DNA of 64,000 nt, taken from positions 2,764 through 66,763 of the forward strand of contig JBEKZX010000002.1 of assembly GCA_049509455.1 (NCBI GenBank), given 5' to 3'. The stretch comes from Conexivisphaerales archaeon (GTDB lineage: Archaea; Thermoproteota; Nitrososphaeria; Conexivisphaerales; DTJL01). This document shows, piece by piece, positions 52,723 through 59,134 of this stretch. A program made the translations under genes and the position numbers. Below the pieces are notes generated by a model, which searched no databases, was not told where the DNA came from, and saw only the letters and a program-made list of their open reading frames with translations. Within the stretch, counting starts at the first letter, position 1; each line of letters starts with the position of its first letter.

Positions 52723-53082
52723 ATGATGTCGAGACCTGCCGACGACGACGATTCGTACCATGCCAAGGCGTCGAAAATCGTCGATTCTGGCGGTGTCAAG
52801 CGACATATCTTCGAACCCAGCGGAACCGAAATCTGGACCGTCGTCGGAGCGGAAGGAGAGTATCTTGTATCCGATGACCCCCCATTGTGCACGTGTCCAG
52901 CCTTCTACTTCTCTCTGACGCGTGGCAAAAAGAGGAACTGCCATCACCTCATAGCCGTGGAACTGGCCAAGCAGGAGGACCATGTGGCGACGACGGTGGG
53001 ACGAGACGAGGAGATCCGCATATTCCTGAAGTTACTCTGCGAAGAGGCCAGCGAGGACGACAGCAGTCAGCTTAATGAATAA
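52723..53082 (+). CDS. SWIM zinc-finger protein
   Basis: 119 aa with CTCPAFYF...CHHLIAV, which is the CxCxnCxH SWIM signature. Confidence 0.65.
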   Translation: MMSRPADDDDSYHAKASKIVDSGGVKRHIFEPSGTEIWTVVGAEGEYLVSDDPPLCTCPAFYFSLTRGKKRNCHHLIAVELAKQEDHVATTVGRDEEIRIFLKLLCEEASEDDSSQLNE

Positions 53083-53247
53083 GTTCTTTCACTCAATGAC
53101 TGAGGCTGTGAGATGCATGTACCTCAAGGATTCTAGGTTCCAGAAGATGACCGACTTGGGTTTCGAGCCTCGCCTGGGTCACCATCTTGCTGAAGTGACC
53201 TCGGCCTGAGCCAGCCGTCGAAACGGTCACCGTTCAGGTCGCAATAA

Positions 53248-53442
53248 AGGACTGCTGGCTCTGGTTCCAAAACCATTATCGGTGAAGCTATCCTTCCTGC
53301 TTATCTAGACCATGTCTTCAGCCATTATAACGTCAGATGCCTCGAAGGCGTCAAAATCGCGCTTGGCGACCTACTTAACAGGAAGACCCTAGCCCTATTC
53401 ACAGGACACGACTGGTTATACGACAGGTTCTCGCAGGAATAG
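53248..53442 (+). pseudogene. Start-less protein-like ORF fragment (possible gene relic)
   Basis: Hand translation gives RTAGSGSKTIIGEAILPAYLDHVFSHYNVRCLEGVKIALGDLLNRKTLALFTGHDWLYDRFSQE*. It has no ATG/GTG/TTG start. The same frame stays open for 42 more codons after the TAG, up to the next TAG at 53569-53571. Confidence 0.3.
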
Positions 53443-54005
53443 GCCCCCTCAACCACTAGCTCCTACTTTTCGGGAACCTCCCAAGTCGTAGTAGGTTGTT
53501 TACGTCAGGTAGGTTTCGACGGCCCCGAAATACGCCAACGAAGTTATGCCGCATCCCCCGAAAAGGGTTAGCTCATGTTAGCTCATTTCCTGTCGTCGGC
53601 CCGTCGGCGGTAGGTCGGTGACGACAATTCTCCTTTCCGACCTAAGCCTGTTTCCTCTTCGTCAGTGTTAGGCCCACAGGCTCTATATTGGTCAACACGA
53701 ACCAAAAACACTAAACGGAACTAACCCCGCCACCGAGGGAACTAACCCTCCAACGGACCGCAAGAGCCACCAGAAGTCGAGGAAGGCTCGGGGGAGGGAG
53801 AGGAGGGAGGTCGGGAAGGCGCAAACCAATAAGGGAAGCAACGTAGACCACCGATGGGCAAAGTGCAGGTGCAATGGATTTACAACGGTTTCGAGGCGGA
53901 GATGACAGTACCGCAGTTGACAGAACCCCTCGGCCCTAGTCGGCTCCCCACCGTCGCCTTCTTGCCCTGCACCTTCCTTCTTCCCTCGCCTCCTACCGTC
54001 GCGGG

Positions 54006-54144
54006 TGGGAGGTTGTGAGAGGTTGTCTCCGTCGGCTGGGAGGTTGGTGGGAGGTTGGTGGGAGGTTCGCCTAGGGTTGGTGGGAGGTTCGCCTAGGGTT
54101 GGTGGGAGGTTCACTACCTCCTACTTCTGCGTCGGTGGGAGGTT
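54006..54144 (+). repeat. Iteron cluster A: 7 copies of TGGGAGGTT plus 1 variant, phased at multiples of ~11 bp
   Basis: Copies start at 54006, (54016 TGAGAGGTT), 54037, 54048, 54059, 54081, 54103 and 54136. The cluster includes the perfect 22-bp tandem GGTTGGTGGGAGGTTCGCCTAG at 54053-54074 and 54075-54096, plus a 16-nt third copy. Confidence 0.9.
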
Positions 54145-54213
54145 TGTCAAGAGATTCGGGTCTGATGTTCGTCGGCTAACGAGATAACGGGTAGAACAAA
54201 CGATACCCATTGC

Positions 54214-54274
54214 TGGGAGGTTAGTGGGAGGTTGCGGGAGGTTAATGGGAGGTTTTGGGAGGCATTGGGAGGCA
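54214..54274 (+). repeat. Iteron cluster B: 6 copies of (T/C)GGGAGG(TT/CA) at 10-11 bp spacing
   Basis: Copies start at 54214, 54225, 54235, 54246, 54256 and 54266. Confidence 0.9.
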
Positions 54275-54387
54275 TGAACCCCCCCGTTAAGGCTATCACT
54301 ATAGAAGACCCAAGCAGAAAACAGGCTCAAGTCGGAGAGGAGAATTCTATCCTCGGCCACCTCTCCGGCCCAGACCCTTCTCCGGAG

Positions 54388-54405
54388 ACCTCCCACTACC
54401 TCCCA
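54388..54405 (-). repeat. Two inverted iteron copies (ACCTCCCA x2, 10 bp apart)
   Basis: The copies lie at 54388-54395 and 54398-54405. A further full inverted copy, AACCTCCCA, lies at 53475-53483. Confidence 0.8.
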
Positions 54406-54471
54406 CCCCTCTTGACGGATGCGGTATAACACCAAAGACCACTTTCACGCGGTCTCCGGGGCTCGCACGAC

Positions 54472-54672
54472 ATGAGCATCCCAGACTTCTTCAACGAGTG
54501 CGTCGACTTCTACCAGATGAACCACGGCATGATTTCGGAGCTACGCTTCAAGAACGTGGCCATGGTCGACTACATTGACCTGCTGAAGGCGAAGATAACC
54601 TTGCTGGAGCAACGAATCGACACGCAGGACATGGCTACCCAAACGGTTTACGAGATGATGACGAATAGGTGA
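54472..54672 (+). CDS. Hypothetical 66-aa helical protein, the only intact ORF in the island
   Basis: ATG-initiated ORF with a coiled-coil-like segment (IDLLKAKITLLEQRIDTQD). No family was recognised. Confidence 0.3.
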   Translation: MSIPDFFNECVDFYQMNHGMISELRFKNVAMVDYIDLLKAKITLLEQRIDTQDMATQTVYEMMTNR

Positions 54673-54781
54673 ACACGTTAGCACCTCCTAGACCTTGCCT
54701 CAGGCTGACCGCCCACTCCCAAGGCATCCAGAACGGAGATCCTGAATCAGAATGGTGATATATTTTATGCTTAGAGTTAGG

Positions 54782-54856
54782 AGCCTCGGAGGGGCTTCGC
54801 TCCCCTGACCCACAGCTTACAAGGCTGTTGCTCTAACTAGGCTGAGCTACCGAGGC
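54782..54856 (-). tRNA. tRNA-Thr(UGU) with non-canonical D and T loops
   Basis: GCCUCGG-UA-GCUC-AGCCUAGUUA-GAGC-A-ACAGC-CUUGUAA-GCUGU-GGGUC-AGGGG-AGCGAAG-CCCCU-CCGAGGC-U. The stems are intact, but the T loop is AGCGAAG instead of UUCRAAU and the D loop lacks the GG pair. Confidence 0.6.
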
Positions 54857-54881
54857 CCTCGAACAACTCTCCCCAAGAGGC

Positions 54882-54890
54882 AATTATATA
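54882..54890 (-). promoter_or_regulatory. TATA box for tRNA-Thr(UGU)
   Basis: The minus strand reads TATATAATT about 26-32 nt upstream of the tRNA 5' end. Confidence 0.45.
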
Positions 54891-54970
54891 CTTCGCTTCT
54901 TCGACGCGGCGGACGACATTCGCTTCAGGTCGGCAACACATTTTTAACTCTTGCCCCTTGAGCCGAATTC

Positions 54971-55864
54971 ATGTTTCTGGTACCGGGGTCTGGCAACAGG
55001 CCCCTAGGGCTCAAGATTGCCGAGAATCTGCCTTGCGAAGTGATAGATTACGAGACAAGGCGCTTCCCTGATGGTGAAAGGTACATCCGGTTCACAAGAG
55101 ACGTGCCTCGAGATACTGCCCTGGTCACCCAGTCGCTGTATAAAGATCCAGATGACCTGTTGATAGAATACACATTCCTGGCGAAGACCCTCCTAAGCCT
55201 CGGCGCGAAGAACATCGTCGGCGTGTTCCCATATATGGCGTATTTAAGGCAAGACAATCGTTTCAAACCTGGAGAAGCTATCAGTGCTAACATAATCAGC
55301 CAGATAATTGAATCTGCACCGACATCCGCCGTTGTGACCATGGACAGCCACCTCCATAGGATTCACGACCTGAGCGGGCTATTCCAAGTACCAGCCGTCA
55401 ACCTTTCTGCCATTCCCTCTTTGGCAGAATGCCTAAAATCAGAATGCAATCTTCAAAATCCCGTCGTCGTCGCGCCTGACGAAGAAGCAAAGCAATGGGC
55501 GAACCTAGCGGCGCCGGTCCTTGAAGCGGAGTCTGTCATCATGCAGAAAGTCAGGCGTGGAGATACATCAGTAGATATAGACTTGGGCCACGTGAAACCC
55601 CATGGTCGGGACATCGTGCTTGTGGATGACATCATCAGCACAGGCGGGACCATAGCTCAGGCGGCTCAACAGCTTAAAAGCAAAGGGGCAAACCACGTTC
55701 ATGCGTTAGTAACGCATGGCCTGTTCGTAGAGGGCGCATTTGATAGGGTCTCCAAGGCTGGCGTCGAGCACCTCATAACATCCGATACCGTGCCAAACCA
55801 GTTCAGCAAAGTGACCGTGGCCCCTGTGTTCGCCAAAGCCCTCAATGAAGGTCCGGTCACATAG
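54971..55864 (+). CDS. prs: Ribose-phosphate pyrophosphokinase
   Basis: 297 aa with FPDGE and the PRPP-binding loop VLVDDIISTGGTI. Confidence 0.9.
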   Translation: MFLVPGSGNRPLGLKIAENLPCEVIDYETRRFPDGERYIRFTRDVPRDTALVTQSLYKDPDDLLIEYTFLAKTLLSLGAKNIVGVFPYMAYLRQDNRFKPGEAISANIISQIIESAPTSAVVTMDSHLHRIHDLSGLFQVPAVNLSAIPSLAECLKSECNLQNPVVVAPDEEAKQWANLAAPVLEAESVIMQKVRRGDTSVDIDLGHVKPHGRDIVLVDDIISTGGTIAQAAQQLKSKGANHVHALVTHGLFVEGAFDRVSKAGVEHLITSDTVPNQFSKVTVAPVFAKALNEGPVT

Positions 55865-55870
55865 TCTTCA

Positions 55871-56032
55871 TCATGCGTTACTCGTCACAGAGACTTCGAA
55901 CTCTTCCGGATTCAACTTGACGCCGCACTTCTTGCATTGTCCTTTATACAGGCGTAATATCTGTCTAGGCGATTTCACTTCGTCTCCGGCGTAGATTTTG
56001 GCACCGCACTTCGAGCAGACGATCTCGAACAT
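55871..56032 (-). CDS. 53-aa zinc-ribbon protein
   Basis: Hand translation gives MFEIVCSKCGAKIYAGDEVKSPRQILRLYKGQCKKCGVKLNPEEFEVSVTSNA*, with two CxxC pairs. It falls below the track's 60-aa cutoff. Confidence 0.4.
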   Translation of the reverse strand: MFEIVCSKCGAKIYAGDEVKSPRQILRLYKGQCKKCGVKLNPEEFEVSVTSNA

Positions 56033-56106
56033 CCTTCCAATGCTTGCGGTCAGCTATGATTTAAATATAAAAGGGCCAACTTCCAACAGGCGGTTCAGTT
56101 CATCAT

Positions 56107-58209
56107 ATGTCAGTGTTGCCGAAGGACTACACTCTGGTGGTGACCGAGAAGCCAGACGTTGCCAGGCGAATCGCAGCCGCCTTGGGGGAAGACTCCTCAC
56201 AAGTCGAAGGCAACTACGAATACATCCTATGTCCAGGCAAGACGAATTACATAATCGTCTCAGCCGTCGGTCACCTCTTCTCGCTTATGCCTACTTACCC
56301 CAGGCGAGACATATATCCTGTGCTCGATACGAGGTGGGTACCGCTTTCTGCCGTCGACAAGAAGCGAAAGGACGTCGACCGAAGGATAAGGACCATCAAA
56401 TCCCTCTCGAAGGGAGCCTCGAAGTTGGTCATAGCCTGCGACTACGATTTAGAGGGAGACACAATCGGCTACAACATCCTGAAATACGCGTGCGGGGCGA
56501 AGAAGGTTAAAGCCTTTCGAGCGAAGTTCTCGACTCTCGCGCTAGACGAACTATCGAAATCCTTCTCCGATTTGACATGGCACGAGGAGTGGCCCAGGGC
56601 CGAAGCAGGTCGCGCCAGACATCTCCTAGATTTCGTCTGGGGCGTAAACCTGTCCAGGGTCCTCCTGGACAGCCTCCTCGAGGCTGGTGGCAGGTACACA
56701 ACTTTGAGCATCGGGCGCGTCCAAGGTCCTGCGCTCAACTACATCCACGACAGAGAGCTAGAGATCATGGCCCATGTGCCCGTGCCGTATTGGAGAGCCA
56801 AAGCCCTAGTCGACGCCGATGGAAAACGCTTCACGGCAGAATACACGGTCGACAGGATCGGGACTGAAGCCGGAGCTAGACTCGTGAAGGGACAGGTCGA
56901 AGGGAATAGGGGAACAGTGGTTGAGGCCAGCAGACGACCGTTCGCAATCCCACCTCCGCCTTCTTTCAACCTTGGAGACCTTCAGCATGAAGCATTTCAG
57001 ATTCTCGGCTTCTCACCATCCCAGACCCTTTCCATTGCGGAAAAACTCTATCTCCAAGCGGCTATATCCTACCCTAGGACTTCGTCGCAACGGATTCCTC
57101 CTTCCATCGATTGTGAACGCATTCTAAGCTCGCTCGCAAGGCAGGAAGCCTTCAAGCCTTACGTAACGCTGGTGATGAAAGAGAGCCTATCTCCGGCGCA
57201 GGGCCAGAAGACCGACCCGGCGCATCCAGCCATATTCCCGACCGGGGAACCCCCCAGCGGGACAGACGCCAAAGAATGGCAGCTCTACAACCTCATCGTA
57301 CGCAGGTTCATTTCTGCTTTCGCCGAGCGGGCTGTTAAAGAAAGACATTCTCTCAGGATTGCCTGCGGAAGGCATGAGTTTCGAGCTTCGGCAACGAGCA
57401 TCATATCGCCGGGTTGGTCGGCGATCTATGATTTCGGCAGCGAGAAGGAGATGCGGGGACTACCTTCACTGAATGTGGTCGACATCGTCTCATTCGTCAC
57501 GGTGGATGTCGTCGAGTGCTTCGATCACCCTCCGTCAAGGTATAACCAAAGTTCGCTTCTGGAACAGATGGAAAGCGACGAGATAGGGACCAAAGCCACC
57601 AGGGCGGAGATAATCTCAACCTTGGTCGACCGAGGCTACGTTTCGGGAGGCAGCATCGAACTGTCTGAGCTCGGGTTTGCCATCGTTGACGCTGCGTCGA
57701 AATACTCTCCCTCGATTCTATCGCCACAGATGACTAGGTCAATCGAAGAGAAGCTCGATGGTGTGGAAGCCGCTTCTCTTGACCCTGGCACCGTAACCTT
57801 CGACGGCGTAGATCAGCTTCTCTCATGCCTCCGTCTCTTTGAGGAGAACATGGCCGAAGTGGGCGCCATGATTCGCCTTGCTAACCTGCAGACGGCCAAG
57901 GGTAGGGAGACGCTGGGGAGCTGCCCGGTCTGCCACGATGGCCAGCTCATAATAATCCGTTCTCACAAGAGCGGCAAGAGGTTCGTCGGTTGCAGCAGGT
58001 ACTCCAATGGCTGTAGAGCCTCTGCGCCTCTTCCCCAGAATGGCATCATAAGGGCCACTAAAGGTCCTTGCAAGACCTGCGGCTGGCCTGTGATTCTCGT
58101 GTTTACGAGCCGCGGCCGCCGACCTTGGCGGCTGTGCGTCAACCCGGATTGCCCCATGAAAGGGTCAGCGCTAAATCGCAAGGCCGTCTCTGGAGGTTCT
58201 CGAAGTTGA
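56107..58209 (+). CDS. topA: Type IA DNA topoisomerase
   Basis: 700 aa. It has an N-terminal Toprim domain (LVVTEKPDVARRIA, DYDLEGD), an active-site region (ISYPRTSSQ) and C-terminal zinc ribbons (CPVCHDG..., CKTCGWP). Confidence 0.9.
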   Translation: MSVLPKDYTLVVTEKPDVARRIAAALGEDSSQVEGNYEYILCPGKTNYIIVSAVGHLFSLMPTYPRRDIYPVLDTRWVPLSAVDKKRKDVDRRIRTIKSLSKGASKLVIACDYDLEGDTIGYNILKYACGAKKVKAFRAKFSTLALDELSKSFSDLTWHEEWPRAEAGRARHLLDFVWGVNLSRVLLDSLLEAGGRYTTLSIGRVQGPALNYIHDRELEIMAHVPVPYWRAKALVDADGKRFTAEYTVDRIGTEAGARLVKGQVEGNRGTVVEASRRPFAIPPPPSFNLGDLQHEAFQILGFSPSQTLSIAEKLYLQAAISYPRTSSQRIPPSIDCERILSSLARQEAFKPYVTLVMKESLSPAQGQKTDPAHPAIFPTGEPPSGTDAKEWQLYNLIVRRFISAFAERAVKERHSLRIACGRHEFRASATSIISPGWSAIYDFGSEKEMRGLPSLNVVDIVSFVTVDVVECFDHPPSRYNQSSLLEQMESDEIGTKATRAEIISTLVDRGYVSGGSIELSELGFAIVDAASKYSPSILSPQMTRSIEEKLDGVEAASLDPGTVTFDGVDQLLSCLRLFEENMAEVGAMIRLANLQTAKGRETLGSCPVCHDGQLIIIRSHKSGKRFVGCSRYSNGCRASAPLPQNGIIRATKGPCKTCGWPVILVFTSRGRRPWRLCVNPDCPMKGSALNRKAVSGGSRS

Positions 58210-58424
58210 TTTGTCCCATATGCGGCAGAGAGTCCGCACGACCTTCGGAGTTGTGCGGACGCCACAACCTCGCGAAGAAGAATCTCACCGCCTCTTATGA
58301 GAAATGGCGCCTGGCGTACGGGAGCATGGACTGGAGAGAATACCTGAGCAAGATTGAGAAACTGGAGGACTCAGGCGAGTGGGTCAAGGAGGTAGCGAGA
58401 TACCTCGCTACCAAGCAAGGCTAG
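58206..58424 (+). CDS. Small zinc-ribbon/helical protein translationally coupled to topA
   Basis: The TTG at 58206 overlaps the topA TGA (TTGA). The product is (M)ICPICGRES..CGRHNLAKKNL...EWVKEVARYLATKQG, 72 aa. Confidence 0.4.
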   Translation: MICPICGRESARPSELCGRHNLAKKNLTASYEKWRLAYGSMDWREYLSKIEKLEDSGEWVKEVARYLATKQG

Positions 58425-58768
58425 GAATACTGTCTCCAAGTATAGCCGCATTTAGTGCATCGGTAGAACTGAGTCGGTGGTTCATCGCCGCTTCTGGTCT
58501 GCACAAACCACCATTCAGCTTCATTGTTATGACAGCGAGGGCACTCCACGGTGGTCGTCGGCATCGTCCTGATTTGGCTGGCCTCATCACCCACCACTTT
58601 TATCGGCGCAGAACTCTCCGACTCCTCCTCTATCGTCACGTTCTCCTCCTTGACGCTCTTCGAGAAGTAGCCACACTTATCGCAGGTCAGCGCCATGAAG
58701 CTATCCTTGTCCGTCTTCACGAGCTTCACCTTCAGCCACATGCCACAGTTCGGACAAAACTGCATCAT
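58421..58768 (-). CDS. tfs: Transcription factor S (TFS / RPB9-TFIIS-like)
   Basis: From the ATG at 58768: MMQFCPNCG...CDKCG...CPRCHNNEAEWWFVQTRSGDEPPTQFYRCTKCGYTWR (115 aa). The longer track ORF N-terminus is arginine-rich shadow sequence. Confidence 0.85.
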   Translation of the reverse strand: MMQFCPNCGMWLKVKLVKTDKDSFMALTCDKCGYFSKSVKEENVTIEEESESSAPIKVVGDEASQIRTMPTTTVECPRCHNNEAEWWFVQTRSGDEPPTQFYRCTKCGYTWRQYS

Positions 58769-58787
58769 ACAACCCTCCGCTTGGGAA

Positions 58788-59069
58788 TCAGGCCCTCTCC
58801 ATGACCTTACCGAGCAAGGTGAGAGTCTTCTTAGTCTTTTCGACCGCCTTCTCACAGCTTTCACTGAAGACCTCTTTCGGATTACCTTGATTGACGGCGA
58901 CACGCATGGTCTGGCTCTTCAAGAGCGGATGCGGTCTGTTATAAGCGGCGAAGGTCACCCGCTTGTCACTGAGCAGTTGCTCTTGTATTATCTGAAGTAA
59001 CGACTGGTCAGCTCCAGTGACATCGATTTCCAGACTTCTGGAATCTTCTTTGATGATCTTTATCTGCAT
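58788..59069 (-). CDS. rpoL: RNA polymerase subunit L (Rpo11)
   Basis: 93 aa with MQIKIIKEDSRSLEIDVTGADQSLLQIIQEQLLSDKRVTFAAYNRPHPLL. Confidence 0.85.
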   Translation of the reverse strand: MQIKIIKEDSRSLEIDVTGADQSLLQIIQEQLLSDKRVTFAAYNRPHPLLKSQTMRVAVNQGNPKEVFSESCEKAVEKTKKTLTLLGKVMERA

Positions 59070-59134
59070 GCCTACATTTAGGAGTCTTAGACGATGTGTG
59101 TTTAAGTGTTTCCTTTTTACCGGTCTTCAAAGCG

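Noticed and set aside
53162-53190. GGGTTTCGAGCCTCGCCTGGGTCACCA resembles a tRNA T-arm plus acceptor 3' end with CCA, and shares GAGCCTCG with the tRNA-Thr(UGU) 3' end (54781-54788). I considered it as the left att site of the island.
   Set aside because: Only 8 nt are shared and no T-stem pairing can be drawn, so this is not enough to call a tRNA fragment or att repeat. It is worth rechecking computationally.
26931-53782. The tRNA-Met gene and its 19-nt direct copy as att sites bounding a 27-kb integrated element.
   Set aside because: The interval holds oriC, orc1/cdc6, both PolD subunits, aRF1, ValRS, glyA, pyrH and RPA, which is core chromosome rather than a mobile element. The copy also lacks the tRNA 3' end that att sites normally include.
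53776-53945. RNase P RNA-like strings: GAGGAAGGCUCGGGGG at ~53779 (compare CR-I GAGGAAAGUCCGGGC) and ACAGAACCCCUCGGCC at ~53918 (compare ACAGAACCCGGCUUA).
   Set aside because: The two segments are not complementary, so they cannot form helix P4. They are only ~140 nt apart, and no other conserved regions are visible. This is probably a coincidence of purine-rich sequence, and a covariance-model scan would settle it.
53692-54435. Minus-strand ORFs 54121..54435 and 53692..54114 share one frame interrupted only by a TAG (54121-54123). They encode PPTNLP-type repeats. I considered a proline-rich repeat protein or stop-codon (TAG) reassignment in a mobile element.
   Set aside because: The frame is open simply because the repeated unit AACCTCCCA contains no stop in that phase. 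The non-repeat parts are not protein-like. TAG is used as a genuine stop by well-supported genes here (8541-8543, 17433-17435). I treat these ORFs as repeat read-through artefacts, though only homolog searches could exclude a real protein.
54654-54707. Candidate C/D-box sRNA, with AUGAUGA at 54654-54660 and CUGA at 54704-54707.
   Set aside because: There are no convincing internal D' and C' boxes and no terminal stem, and the C box lies inside the 66-aa ORF. The evidence is too weak to call.
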